NCBI RefSeq assembly: GCF_009914755.1
Contig: NC_060927.1
Source of the DNA: the human T2T-CHM13v2.0 reference genome, Homo sapiens
DNA: 64,000 nt
Strand: one strand, 5' to 3'
Shown: positions 1 to 13,863 of the stretch, one piece after another
Position numbering within the stretch: position 1 is the stretch's first letter
Layout of the letters: each line of letters begins with the position of its first letter
Translations under genes and position numbers: made by a program
Notes under the pieces: generated by a model
The model's input: the letters and a program-made list of their open reading frames with translations, nothing else
Database searches by the model: none
Told to the model about the DNA's origin: nothing

Positions 1-399
1 TACTTTTTTCCTTTATTTTTCAGTTATTTTTCTTAGTGTTCACCCTTAAACTTTTAAATATACTTACATTTTATTTATCAGCTTTAACTTCTATCCTTTG
101 ACCTCTGGGTGTAAGAGATGAGGGTATCAGTATGCCCATTTACATGCCAGTTTGTAACATTTACCTTCTGCTTTATAATCACAATCCCTACACTTGTTTT
201 CATTTTAGTGATATAATTAAATAGATTATAGGCACATTATTTGTCCTTTTGTTATAATTTGTATCTGTTGAATGGCATGAGTTCAGAAATGTTTGTCTTT
301 CACCTTTATATTTGGCTGATAGTTTGGGTATAAAATTTGGAGTTAGGCTTTCTTTCCTTAAGAATATTGTAGTCAGTGTTCATTCTCTTTTGTAAAAGA

Positions 400-692
400 T
401 TTATTTTTTTAGACAAGATCTTGCTCTGTTGTCTAAGCTGGAGTGCATTGGCGTGATCATAGCTCATTGGAGCCTTGACCTCCCAGGCTCAAGCAGTCCT
501 CCCATCTCAGCTTCCTGAGTAGCTGGGACTACAGGCACGTGCCACCATGCCCAGTTAATTTTTGTATTTTTTTGTGGAGACAGAGTTTTGCCATGTTGCC
601 TAGTCTGGTCTCAAACTCCTAAGTTCAAGTGATCCACTTGCTTCAGCTTCCTAAAGTGCTGGGATTACAGGCATGAGCCACCATATCCAGCC
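400..692 (-). mobile_element. Alu (AluJ-like)
   Basis: Poly-T followed by reverse Alu dimer ending cagcc. Confidence 0.92.
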
Positions 693-694
693 CA

Positions 695-928
695 GACTTT
701 TTTTCTTGTCATTATTTCCCAAACAATACAGTATAACAACTATTTCCATAGCATTTACATTGTATCAGGTATCATAGGTAAGATAGAGATGATTTAAGTT
801 ACTCTTGAGAGGATGTGTGTAGGTCATATGTAGACACTATACCATTTTATATGAGGGACTTTTGAGCATCTTTGGGTTTTGGTGTCTTTGGCGGTCCTGG
901 AACCAGTGTCCCCCACGGATACCAACTG
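695..928 (-). mobile_element. MER2 (TcMar-Tigger non-autonomous DNA transposon) fragment
   Basis: Reverse complement of the MER2 start: ggtatccgtggggg..tggttccaggacc..gatgctcaa..tccc..atataaaatgg. Confidence 0.8.
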
Positions 929-1006
929 TCCATAAGCAAAGTAGAGGTTTATTTGTTTGATTATAGTGGTGAGAAATGAATGAATTTCTTTCTCTGTCCT
1001 TTACAG

Positions 1007-1483
1007 GAAGAAGTTCTAAAGGATTTTGAAGACTTGGCTGGAAAACTCCCATGGTCAAACCCCTTAAAAGTGTGGAAAATTAATGCCAGTTTTAAAAAGA
1101 AAAAAGCAAAGCGCAAAAAGATAAATCAGAATTCAAGTAAAGAGAAGATTAATAATGGACAAGAAGTCAAAATCGATCAGAGAAATGTTAAAAAAGAGTT
1201 CACTAGCCATGCTTTAGATTCTCATATCTTAGATTATTATGAAAATCCAGCCATCAAAGAGGATGTATCAACATTAATAGGTGATGATTTGGCATCTTGC
1301 AAAGATGAGACTGATGAAAGCTCAAAAGAAGAAACTGAGCCTCAAGTGCTGAAGTTTAGAGTCACATGCAACAGGGCAGGAGAGAAACATTGCTTTACCT
1401 CAAATGAGGCTGCAAGAGATTTTGGGGGTGCTGTTCAAGATTATTTTAAGTGGAAGGCCGACATGACCAACTTTGATGTGGAG
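1007..1483 (+). CDS. THUMPD3: THUMPD3 internal coding exon (likely exon 4, 477 nt): Lys-rich stretch and THUMP-domain part
   Basis: ttacag|GAA acceptor and GAG|gtaggt donor; translates EEVLKDF...FKKKKAKRKK...LKFRVTCNRAGEKHCFTSNEAARDFGGAVQDYFKWKADMTNFDVE; phase 0/0. Confidence 0.97.
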
Positions 1484-1584
1484 GTAGGTATAGGCTCTGA
1501 CTGTGGTGATTGAAGAATGCTGTCACAGATTTGTAGAATTTCCAGACTAACCCAATGTTATGCACAATTAAACTGAGGAAATAG

Positions 1585-2108
<524 letters not shown>

Positions 2109-2186
2109 TGATTTCTAATAGACTACTCTTTTACTATATTATATGGACTTTCATATTATAAAATTCAACCAGAATTAAAATAGTTA

Positions 2187-2549
<363 letters not shown>

Positions 2550-2922
2550 TTAAACAAACCCTGACCTTCTCAAACCAGGACATCATTGCTAATACTCATC
2601 CTAGAGTCAGCTCTCCTCTTTCTTAAATTCTGCTAGATTTCCAAAGCCAGGTACCTCATTTTAGTATATTTACTTTCCTTGGTCTTAATCCTCTTTTATC
2701 TGGGTGATTGACATGTGAACCATAGGAACTAAAGTATTTAAGTCTCTGACACCTTAAAACATCTCTAGCAGCTGATATATTTACCAAAGAGTCAATTTCC
2801 GTTGCTTTTGGGACACTTGAATCTGGGGCAAGTCACTGATTCTAACTTTTTTGTGCATGTCAAATCAGGAGTCTAATTCCCCATTCCTTTTTTTCCTCAT
2901 ACACTGCCTTGCAAATGAATAC

Positions 2923-3045
2923 GTGGCTCACACCTGTAATTCCAGTACTTTGGGAGGCCTTGGCAGGCAGATCGCTTGAGCCCAAGAATTTGAGACCAGC
3001 CTGGGCAAAATAGTGAGACCCTGTCTCCACTAAAAATAAAATAAA
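2923..3045 (+). mobile_element. Alu left monomer / FLAM
   Basis: gtggctcacacctgtaat...gagaccctgtctc then A-rich tail; no right arm. Confidence 0.8.
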
Positions 3046-3157
3046 TATTTTAAAAAATAAAATGAATAGGTTAACCAGAACAGTGATGTCTAAAAGTTAG
3101 CAAGGTGATTCAGAGGAGTTTCTGGAGCCGTGCTGCATTGGTTTAAATCCCAGAGGA

Positions 3158-3446
3158 GGCTGGGTGTGGTGACACACACCTGTAATCCCAGCACTTTGGG
3201 AGGTCGAGATTGGAGGATTGTTTCAGGCCAGGAGTTCTAGACCAGCCTAGGCGACATAGGGAGACCCTGTCTCTACAAAAAATAAAAAAAAAATTAGCTG
3301 AGTATGATGACAGACACCTATAGTCCCAGGTACTTGGGAGGCTGAAGTAAGAGATTGCTTGAGCCCAGGAAGTCCAGGCCACAGTGATCTGTGATCATGC
3401 CACTGCACTCAATCCTGGGCGACAGAGTGAGACCCTGTCTCAAAAA
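3158..3446 (+). mobile_element. Alu (AluJ-like)
   Basis: Dimeric Alu with J-type gcttgagcccagga. Confidence 0.9.
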
Positions 3447-3674
3447 GGGAATTCCTGAGGAGCTGTCTTTGTGCCTCAGTATCCTCATTTATAAAGGGAA
3501 TAATACCTAGCTTAGGGGATGTGAATATGAGATGAGGCCATGTATGTAAAATGTGTAGAATAGTGCTTTGCATTAGGAAGTGCTGTATGAGTATCAGCTG
3601 TGCTTCTGCTGTGGTTAAGCTCAGGAAGTCTTTCAGTGAAAGATTGGGGAACATTTTGGTTTAGTTTAGTTCAC

Positions 3675-3822
3675 TTTTGAGACAGGGTCTCGCTGTATCA
3701 CCCAGACTGGAGTGCAGTGGTGCAATCATGGCTCACTAAAGCCTTGACCTCCCAGGCTCAGGCTGTCCTCCCACCTCAGCCTCCCGAGTAGCTGGGACTG
3801 TGGGCCTGTGCCACTGCACTCA
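3675..3822 (-). mobile_element. Alu right-arm fragment (AluJ-like)
   Basis: gagacagggtctcgct...gagtagctgggact. Confidence 0.85.
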
Positions 3823-3864
3823 GTGTAATAAGACTTTTTATTTGAGACTTTACCAATTTTTAAA

Positions 3865-4130
3865 ACTTTTTTGTTGAGATACACTTTGCACCCCTTAAGT
3901 ACACAAATCTTAAGTTTTCAGTAAGTTTTTACTTATATACACGATGTGTAAACAGCATCCAGATAGAGATACAAACTATTTCCAGTACCTCGGGCTCCCC
4001 TTGCCCTTTCCCAGTCAGTACCCACTCAAGGCAATCACTAATCTGACTGCTACCACCAAAAATTCGTTTTGCCAATTTTTGAACTTCATATAAATGAAAT
4101 CATATAGTATATAGTTTTTTTCGTTCATTT
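3865..4130 (-). mobile_element. Old L1M 3'-end fragment
   Basis: gcaatcactaatctgact..ttttgcc..ttttgaacttcatataaatgaaatcata is typical of an antisense L1M 3' end. Confidence 0.65.
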
Positions 4131-4269
4131 TAATATCTATTATTTTCTTTTAATTCACTATGTTTATTGGCTACAACCAGATTTCACCCCAATTTTTATA
4201 ACACAAACATATTTTGAAGGCTTAGAGGTTTTTTAATATGTATTTTTTAAATGTCTTAACTTTTTAGAC

Positions 4270-4396
4270 AGTTCTGGGCTGTGGTGCGCTATGCCAATCA
4301 GGTGTCTGCACTAAGTTTGGCATCAATATGGTGACCTCCCAGGAGTAGGGGACCAACAGGTTGCCTAAGGAGGGGTGAACCGGCCCAGGTCAGAAA
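4270..4396 (+). pseudogene. 7SL (SRP RNA) retro-fragment, S-domain part only
   Basis: agttctgggctgtggtgcgctatgcc..gcactaagtttggcatcaatatggtgacctccc..ggttgcctaaggaggggtgaaccggcccaggtcagaaa matches the internal, non-Alu part of 7SL; most differences are CpG decay. Confidence 0.93.
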
Positions 4397-4462
4397 AGTC
4401 TTATTACTAAGCGCAGTTTGAACAATCCTAAAACTATTTTGTCTTGTTCCACTTTGCTATAG

Positions 4463-4593
4463 GTTCTTTTGAACATCCATGATAATGAAGTCATTGTGGG
4501 CATTGCATTGACTGAAGAGAGTCTCCACCGAAGAAATATAACACATTTTGGACCTACAACTCTTAGATCAACTCTTGCCTATGGGATGCTCAG
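4463..4593 (+). CDS. THUMPD3: THUMPD3 coding exon (131 nt)
   Basis: ctatag|GTT acceptor, CAG|gtaaga donor; VLLNIHDNEVIVGIALTEESLHRRNITHFGPTTLRSTLAYGML; phases join the neighbouring exons. Confidence 0.97.
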
Positions 4594-4794
4594 GTAAGAA
4601 AATGAGTTTGCCATCCAGCTTAAAGTGGCACCTTGGTTTGAATGTTCCCTTCAAAATACTGATTTGTGTGTATGTGTGTTTGAGGTACTGTGTTGGAATA
4701 GAGTGGATAAAGAATAGAATGGAAAGCTAATGATCTATTTCTTTCCCTTCTATCCAATATTGACTCCTTGTGATCTGAAAATACTGCTTAATAG

Positions 4795-5103
<309 letters not shown>

Positions 5104-5576
5104 TTCTTGATTTTAAAATGAGAGTAATAGTTTTCACCTGCCTCTTGAATGAGGTTACCACATTTCTGTTTAGCAAGGATATGTGTGTTGGGAGATAAGA
5201 GTAAATTTTGCTGTTTCATTTCTGTGCAGTGAAAAAGATGAAAGCAGAGATTTTTATGTGTATAACGTGTAAATGAACAGAAAGAGCTTTTACTTATATT
5301 TTTAAGCTTTATACTCACAGCAACTCAGGAATCATCCTAGAATTTTTTGCTTTTCAGAGTACACGACCTATCTTTCCTTCTCCTTTGCCCTTCTCTCTTT
5401 TATTGGGTGCTTCTTTCCACCACTTGAAAATGTTTATTTTCTCTAAAGCTTCTGTTTTCCAGATGGCAAAATGGATTTGATGTGAGACTTAAAGGATTAT
5501 TAGTGAGGATTAAATGCTGAAGCATATGCAAAATACCTATTATATACAGTGCCTGGTATGTCCTGGTAGTTAAGTC

Positions 5577-5902
5577 CAGTCATGCATCACTTAATGACAG
5601 GGATACATTCTGAAAAATGTGTCATCACGCAATTTCATCATTGTGCGAACCTCATGGAGTGTACCTACACAAATCTAGATGGTGTAGCCTACTACACACC
5701 TGGGCTATGTGGTATCTCCTATTGCTCCTAGGCTACAAACCTGTACAGCATGTTATTGTACTGAATATTGTAGTCAGTTGTAACGCAGTGGTATTTGTGT
5801 ATCTAAACATAGAAAGGATAGGGCAAAATATGGTATTATAATTACTGCATTCATATATTTGGTCCACCATTGATTGGAAGATTGTCATGCAGTACATGAC
5901 TG
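5577..5902 (+). mobile_element. Tigger3a/MER7-type MITE
   Basis: Terminal inverted repeats CAGTCATG...CATGACTG followed by TA; internal tagcctactacacacct..gctcctaggctacaaacctgtacagcatg. Confidence 0.85.
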
Positions 5903-6724
5903 TATTCCTTCTCTTCCAATCTTTTATCTTCCTAACATATTAATTCAATGACGATAATAGAAAATTGGGCCCATTTGATAAAGGAAAATCTTCTAGTCTT
6001 CATTAATTTAACAAATATGCATTATCTACTGCCAGGCATATGGTAGAAACCAGGGATACAGAGAGGGTGTTATTTTGGGTGCAAATATTTAAAACCTAAG
6101 TAATCAAGTTTAGGATAAAAAAGTGATAATTGTGCCAGAGAGGGGTTTATTGGAAAGATAAAGAGAAATCTTGGGGATTCTACAGAAAAACTGAATGTTG
6201 GTTCTCAAGAAGGGTAGGAACCACATCTTGGAAAACCACCAGAAATGTAGGCAGCCATTTTTATCTCCCCTTAGAGCCTGTGGACTCTTGTCTCTTCTCA
6301 TCTACATGCTTTCTCATCTAAATTTATGTATTTCCAATTCCAAACAACCAACCCACACTGCCTAGGGCTTTTAGCTCTTTGTTCCAAATTCCTGGAAGAG
6401 AGGATCTGATGGACATTGTTTTGGTCAGATATTCACCCCTGACCATCAGGAATGGCTTGGAGTACAGGGTGCTTACCCCCTCAAGAGGGTTGCCAAGGAT
6501 TCTATTGCCATGTGTTGAGGAGTAGGAGCAAGGAGATAGAGCAGGACCAATGTTACAATAAGAACCCACTATTAACCCCCAAGAATCTGTCTTGTGAGGG
6601 AGATAAATAGTTATCATACATGCGATAAGTCCCACACCAGCACATGAAAAGATTAGAAGAACAAGAGAAGGGAAGAAACCTACTGACCTGTTTCAGGGTG
6701 GGATGCTTCATAAAGAGGATAACA

Positions 6725-6940
6725 GTTAAGCCACTAACAGTAATGCCTCTAATCTTGAATCTGTTACCTACTGGTTTTGTGTCCCTGGGCAGGTAACTTC
6801 ATGTTTCCTTGCATCAGCTTACCTTTAAAATGAGAATAATGATAATTATCTAACAGGGTCCTTACTGAGGATTCTGTGAGATAATGCATGGAAAGAGCTT
6901 AAGTCCATGCCCAGGAAATACTAAGTGCTCAAAGTAAAGC
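6725..6940 (+). mobile_element. MIR SINE
   Basis: tgtgtccctgggcaggtaactt..taaaatgagaataat..gtgagataatgcatg..taagtgctcaa. Confidence 0.7.
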
Positions 6941-7150
6941 ATTTTTTTTTCCTTTTTTTATTACCTAGTCCCACAGAGCAATTTTTTTATATCAAGATTA
7001 GCTTTAAATTCAGAAGGAAAGGAATACTGAATGTCTCATTGCCAGTAACCTTATATTGATGCATGTTTGACTTGAGACATTTTTGAGTCTTTTTAATGTA
7101 ATACAGGTTTCTGTTGAAAACAACACTGTTGTCAAAAAGTATGCATGAGC

Positions 7151-7170
7151 GTGTGTGTGTGTGTGTGTGT
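7151..7170. repeat. (GT)10 microsatellite
   Basis: Direct reading. Confidence 0.9.
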
Positions 7171-7316
7171 ACACATGTGTACTTTAAGATGTCTGCAAAC
7201 TAAATTTCATCTGAGAGTGAAATGGGATTTTGGAAGATAGTCAAAGGAGATTTAGTTATAAGGATTTTTTTTCCCCAAGTAATGGAATATACAGTCAACA
7301 TATCATTATAAATTGA

Positions 7317-7621
7317 TTTTATTTATTTATTTATTTATTTTTGAGACGGAGTCTTGCTCTGTCACCCAGGCTGCATCTTACATGATCTTGGCTCACTGCA
7401 ATCCCCGCCTTCTGGGTTCAAGCAATTCTCGAGTCTCAGCCTTTGTACTAGCTGGGATTACAGGCACCCACCACCACGCCCAGCTAATTTTTTGTATTTT
7501 TAGTGGAGACGGGGTTTCGCCATGTTGGCCAGGCTGGTCTTGAATTCCTGACCTCAAGCGATCCACCCATCTCAGCCTCCCAAAGTGCTGGGATTACAGG
7601 CGTGAGTCACCGTGCGCGGCC
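7317..7621 (-). mobile_element. Alu (AluSx-like) with (TTTA)n tail
   Basis: Reverse Alu; aaattgattt flanks both ends (TSD). Confidence 0.93.
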
Positions 7622-7765
7622 ACAAATTGATTTCTAAAATATGTGTAGATTGGTGTTCCTTCGGGCTAGTGTGGTAGGTCCTCAATCTTAAAGCTTCAGG
7701 AATCATCAGTATAGAAGCCTCAGCTTTTGAGTGAGTCTTCACATAGGCTGTTTTCTTTTCTCTAG

Positions 7766-7835
7766 GCTCTGTGATCCTCTACCTTATGATATAATAGTCG
7801 ATCCAATGTGTGGAACTGGGGCAATACCAATAGAG
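7766..7835 (+). CDS. THUMPD3: THUMPD3 coding exon (70 nt) with SAM-binding motif I
   Basis: tctag|G acceptor, GAG|gtaatc donor; LCDPLPYDIIVDPMCGTGAIPIE contains DPMCGTG. Confidence 0.97.
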
Positions 7836-8169
7836 GTAATCATATTTCTTTAGCTTTTAGATAAGAGTGATACATCCAGAATATTCTAGACCTAATGGGC
7901 AAATTAGACATAATGAAATCTCCATGGTTGGATCAGTGGACCCAAGAGTTTTAAAACAATTAACAATAGAAAGTGGAACTTTTTTGTAAAGAATGTAACT
8001 ACTTATTTCAAAGAGCCATGTGCCACTGGCCTAGATACATTGTTAGTGACATCTATTCACTAGATTACAGAGGAAGCTGAGAATTACAAACTGCCGATGA
8101 GTCCTCTTTGTGTAACAGACAAGCTGGTAGACTTGAATGGGAAAAGATAATTGAAGGCATAAGCATAAA

Positions 8170-9185
8170 CTGGAGGAAGGCAATTTTCTTCTCTGTAATC
8201 CACTTAAGTTCCTAGAGGGAATAAGTATAGTTGTAAAAAGGGGAAACTTATGAACATTACTTGGATTTTTTAGGAAGTCTAACAAGCTTAATACCAAATG
8301 CTCTTAGTTTTCAAAATTACCATGATATTGAGAGGACTCATAAAAACTGTGTAAAGCAAAGCAAGAAATGGAAAGGCATTTTCTAAATGGAGAATATTTC
8401 ACAGTAGATTCCCCTTGAATAATCAGTATCATCTATATGTTTTTAAAGAATTTAGAAGAGGGAGCTCCCAGTAAAATCACTGAAGTTTGTGTGAAACATA
8501 GTAGTTCTTCCATATAGTATACTGACAGCCAATTTGAATAAACTGCAGGGAGACACAGCAGATTATATGATTGGGTAGAAACTGGACAGATGAGCAAGTC
8601 CAAAGCAAGCCCACAAGGGGAGAAATAATCCAAACTGTAATTAGAAAATGGTATCTGTTCTGGGAGTTAAAATCCAAGACTGAAATCATAGAAGTCTACA
8701 TGTGACTGTGTTCCGTGAAAGCTAGAGAAATTACTGTGGCTTAAAGAGACTGCACAGTAAAAACCCAGTCCTTCTTGTGGCCAAGAAGGATTCTGGGAAG
8801 AAAGCAGAGTGTTGTTTTCTAGTATGAAATCATGATATGTGTATGAAATAGCAGGTAAGGTCACCGCATGTCAAGAAATACACAACAGAGCTCCGAGTAA
8901 AAATAAAGGCCGAAAAAAATTAAAACATGAAGTTTGAGCCATTTCCATGTAAGAGTAGACATGCAGATGTCAATGTAGAAAAACCTAAGCCGATATATGA
9001 TCAAAATGAATAAAATTATGAATAAATTGACAAGGTATATATAAAGATTTGTTCACCAAAGTATAAAATACTTGATCTAGAATAATTTTTTTTTTTAATT
9101 TAGAAGTGTTATGCTATAAAACCCAATTCTTTCCAATGCTGAAAATCCAAATAGGTTTAGGAAAAAAAAAAAAGAATATTTGGGA
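8170..9185 (+). mobile_element. Ancient CR1/L3-family LINE, reverse-transcriptase remnant (bounds approximate)
   Basis: Decayed RT motifs in order: NLEEG..SKI-KF (8449-8489) and KLQGD..RLYDWVE-WQM (8540-8592). Confidence 0.6.
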
Positions 9186-9644
9186 ATCGGAATCACTGAG
9201 AGCCTTCCTCAAACTCTAGGTCCCCTCTACATCCCCACCCACCCAAAATTCTGGGATACTTCAACTTCCCTTTTGTTTGATGTCATCGTAGGATTGTAGA
9301 CAGGGTATGTTATCACCCTCAAGTGTCTGGGCAAAAGAAAAAGTTATGAAACACTGCACTCATGGATGAGAAGTATGTTACTGTTCACAAAGGAACACAA
9401 AGGTGTTTGCTACTCACCCCTAAGCAGAGGCAGACCTTTCCCGGCTTTCATGTCAGAAACCTTCTGTTAATCTGCATAGAACATTGTTCAGGCCTAGGGT
9501 CACGTCACCTCATTCCACAAATGACATGTGACAGCTTGGTATTTATGTTCTGCTGACAGGTTTTTTATTTATAATTACAAAATCCTTCCAGTGATATGGT
9601 GGTTACCATTCAAAAGCCTATCATACAAAGGAAATTGCATTTTA

Positions 9645-9936
9645 CTATTATTTTTTTGACCTGGGGTCTTGCTCTGTCAGCCAGGCTGGAGTGCAGTGGT
9701 GTAATCTCAGCTCCCTGCAACCTCTGCCTCCCTGTCTTAAGCCATTCTCCCACCTCAGCCTCTCGAGTAGCTGAGACTCAGGTGCACACCATCACACCCA
9801 GCTGATTTTTGTGTTTTTGTAGAGATGGGCTTTCACCATGTTCCCAGGCTGGTCTCAAACTCCTGGGCTCAAGAAATCCTCCTGCCTCAGCTTCCCAAAG
9901 TGCTGGGATTTCAGGTGTGAGCCACCATGCCCGGCC
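9645..9936 (-). mobile_element. Alu (AluJb-like)
   Basis: Reverse Alu; ggaaattgcatttta / ggaaatagcatttta flanks form a TSD. Confidence 0.92.
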
Positions 9937-10029
9937 GGAAATAGCATTTTATTTTGCAATTTTCAAATATATCAGATTATGTAAACTCCCACAACCACAA
10001 ATCTCAAATATTTTCAAACCGCATTAACT

Positions 10030-10340
10030 TAGAATTTAGTGTGCCAGACACTGCTGGATGAGGAACTGAATAAAATACTAGACCTGACCTCAGAGAGCTC
10101 CCAGGTTAGTTGAGAGGCATAAAGGGGAAGAAATAATTAACCGTGGGACAAGTGCAGTGGCAGAGGTACGTACATACAAAGTGTTTTTGGGAGGGGCACA
10201 TAAGACTGCTTGGAGAGTTAAGGTTGATGTTGAAAGGGCATGAGGTTTGAGCTGGGTCTTAAGAGATGGGTAGAGGTTCAGCAAGCAGAGAAAGAATAAG
10301 AGGGCATTTTCAGCCAGGGAAATAGCACAGTTGACAACAT
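10030..10340 (-). mobile_element. L2 LINE fragment
   Basis: gtgccagacactgctgg..gacctcagagagctc..tttgagctgggtcttaagagatgg..gcattttcagccagggaaatagca pattern. Confidence 0.6.
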
Positions 10341-10449
10341 GCAATGTTTTGCCACTCTAGAAAAGCACTGGATTTTCTTTGTTTGTTGACAATTTAATCA
10401 TATTTTACAGTTTGCTACTTTTGTTTTAACATACACTCTTATCTTTTAG

Positions 10450-10565
10450 GGGGCCACTGAATGGTCTGACTGCTTCCATATTGCTGGTGATAATAATCCA
10501 CTGGCTGTGAATAGAGCAGCAAATAACATTGCATCTTTATTGACCAAGAGCCAAATTAAAGAAGG
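10450..10565 (+). CDS. THUMPD3: THUMPD3 coding exon (116 nt)
   Basis: ttttag|GGG acceptor, GG|gtaaaa donor; GATEWSDCFHIAGDNNPLAVNRAANNIASLLTKSQIKE. Confidence 0.96.
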
Positions 10566-10883
10566 GTAAAAATTTAAAAGATTTCTTAGCATCTTTTAGA
10601 GTTAGAGAATCACTTTTTATATTGACTTTATGAATTAAAACTCCCAGTGCATTGTGACGTCATTGTAACCAAAATGAATATACTATGAGACTCCATTTAC
10701 ATTTTTAAAGTTTATTGAAAATAAGTTATATTTTTAAAATATTATTTTAGCGATAATTTCCCCACCATATGCAATTTTTCATTTGTCTTATTCATATGTC
10801 TTTTCCCCTACATATTGGAAGAATATTTTATAGACTCATTTTAATTTCACAAAATTTTAAACAGTATATTTTTACATAGGCTT

Positions 10884-11178
10884 CTTTTTTGCTTTGGGTA
10901 CAGGGTCTCATTTTGTCACCCAGGCTGGAGTGCAGTGACATGATCATGGCTCACTGTAGCCTCAACCTACTGAGCTCAAGCAATCCTCCTGCCTTGGCCT
11001 CCCTAGTAGCTAGGAATACAGGCATGTGCCACCATGCCCAGCTAATTTTTTAAAATCTTCGTAGAGATGGGGGTCTTGCTGTTTTGTCCAGGCTGGTGTC
11101 AAACTCCTGGCCTCAAGAGATTCTGCCGCTTCAGCCTTCCAAATTGCTGGGATTAGAGACGAGTCACCACACCTGGAC
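10884..11178 (-). mobile_element. Alu (AluJ-like)
   Basis: Reverse Alu consensus. Confidence 0.9.
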
Positions 11179-11307
11179 CATAGTCTTTAAAGTCACTACA
11201 TAAATTCCATCGTATAGAAATACTGCAGTTTATATAGCCTTGCCTCTATTTTATTACTAAGTCATTGGTTATATATTTCATTGTCTCTCTGATCTAATTT
11301 TTTAGGA

Positions 11308-11450
11308 CAGTGCTTCTCAAACATTAATGTACATGTGAATCACCTGGGAGTACTGTTAACACAGATCTGATTTAGTAGTTTGGGATGGGACCTAAGAGTC
11401 TGCATTTTCCAGGAAACTCCAGGACAATGCTGATGCTGCTGGTCTATGTA
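11308..11450. mobile_element. MER5A (hAT-Charlie MITE)
   Basis: cagtgcttctcaaac..gaatcacctggg..tctgcatttt..gatgctgctggtc. Confidence 0.75.
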
Positions 11451-11586
11451 TCAACATTAAATCCTTTTACGTGTATTAAGACAAGTAGTTGGAAGGCTTC
11501 AATTTTCTTAAATACTGATTTATTGTGATGAATTAATTTTGAATGGTTGTTTCATATTTATTGAGGGTTTTTTTTAATGAGCCTAG

Positions 11587-12021
<435 letters not shown>

Positions 12022-12674
12022 TCAACCTGTACATTTCTATCCATTTTACTTTGGTTTTTAATATTTTTTGCCTTTTGTTTTGTGCAGTTATTGGTATGCG
12101 GTTATAATACATATTTTATGTGTACTTTTAAAAATTATGTAATGATTGCTTTTATTGCATTTTTTTCTTAAATTCTTCATTAAATGTCAATTAAATCCTT
12201 AATTTCTGCTGATAACCTTTGACTTATCTTCAGTTCTTAGCCTGTGCATTATTTTGTTTCTTAAACCAGTTGCTTTGCCTTAATGAGGAGGATTTAAATC
12301 CTTTGTATTTATTATTATTCATTCTGTCTTCTGTCATCTATATTTTTTATCTTAACTTTTTTCTTAGTCTTGTTTTATATAGCATGGCACATATTTTCCT
12401 TTTGGTTTTTCATCTTGAAACAATTACCTATATATTTGCCAATTTTACTATCTGTTTTTCTTTTAGGCCTCCTGTTATTACTAGTTTTACAAACTTTATT
12501 CTTCAGATACATCACCCCATTATCTATTCTTTAGTATTGTTTTTCTCCAGTGTATGTTTTATCAGCAACTTAAATTTTTGTATCATCGGTTATGTAATTT
12601 ACTGCTTCAGCATTGTTTTTAAAGTTGTCTTTTGCAGTTCTCTGCATTACAATCATGTTTTCAGTTTGTTTCCC

Positions 12675-12965
12675 TTTTTTCTGAGACGGGGGTCTTGCTC
12701 TGTCACCCAGGCTGGAGTAAAGCGGCACAATCCTAGCTCACTGCATCTTTCAACTCCTGGACTCAAGTGATCCTCCCACCTCAGCCTCCTGAGTAGCTGG
12801 GACTATAGGTGTGTGCCATCATGCCCTGCTAACTTCTTAAAAAAGTATTTTAGAGACAAGGTCTCACAGTGTTGCTCAGGTGGTCTCAAATTCCTGGAGT
12901 CCAGTGATCCTCCCACCTCAGCCCCTGAAAGTGCTGATTATAGGCACAAGCTACCATGCCCAGCC
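12675..12965 (-). mobile_element. Alu (AluJ-like)
   Basis: Reverse Alu consensus. Confidence 0.9.
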
Positions 12966-13137
12966 TGACCTATTTTTTACCTTTGTGCCATTTCTTAAAT
13001 TTTGAATAGGTTGATATTATCACTGATATCCTTAGCAGTTTATGTTTTGCTGTAGCAGTCTCTCTTCAGAAACAAAAATTGTTGTAATAACTTTATGCTT
13101 CACAGTATGTTGAAGCACCTTTCCTTTGTCCCCACAG

Positions 13138-13248
13138 CAAACCCTCCTGGGGCTTGCCCATAGATGCTGTTCAGTGGGATATCTGCAATCTGCCATTGAG
13201 AACTGGCTCTGTGGATATTATTGTAACAGATTTGCCATTTGGAAAAAG
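13138..13248 (+). CDS. THUMPD3: THUMPD3 coding exon (111 nt) with amino-methyltransferase motif IV
   Basis: ccacag|C acceptor, AG|gtgaga donor; KPSWGLPIDAVQWDICNLPLRTGSVDIIVTDLPFGK, where DLPF is the D/NPPY-type motif. Confidence 0.97.
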
Positions 13249-13563
13249 GTGAGAAATACTAGTACCTGCTTGTCTTCTAAATATGTCATTATTTTCCTTG
13301 CGTTTATTCTAAGTCAGGAAAAAAATCTTGAATTTTAGCAGACTTAGCAGAGCTGTTTTTCACTTAACAACATGATGGATTCACCCATTATGTTTCTTCC
13401 GAGAACTCAGGAATGTATTAACTACATTTGGAATCCTGACCATCATGGGAGGTTCATTTTTAAATTACCTGTAATTCACTTTCTAGCCCATTCTTGAATT
13501 ATATATCCTACACAAAAAGGTGGTAGAAGACTTGGTTCTCATTCTGTTTCTCAGCATAAATGA

Positions 13564-13863
<300 letters not shown>

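Noticed and set aside
6420-6650. Possible intronic H/ACA snoRNA (AGAGCA and AGATAA boxes, terminal ACA)
   Set aside because: No convincing two-hairpin fold and no match to a snoRNA I recognise; such boxes occur often by chance
12219-12770. 183-aa hydrophobic ORF
   Set aside because: T-rich degenerate sequence running into an Alu, with a TTG start; a compositional artefact
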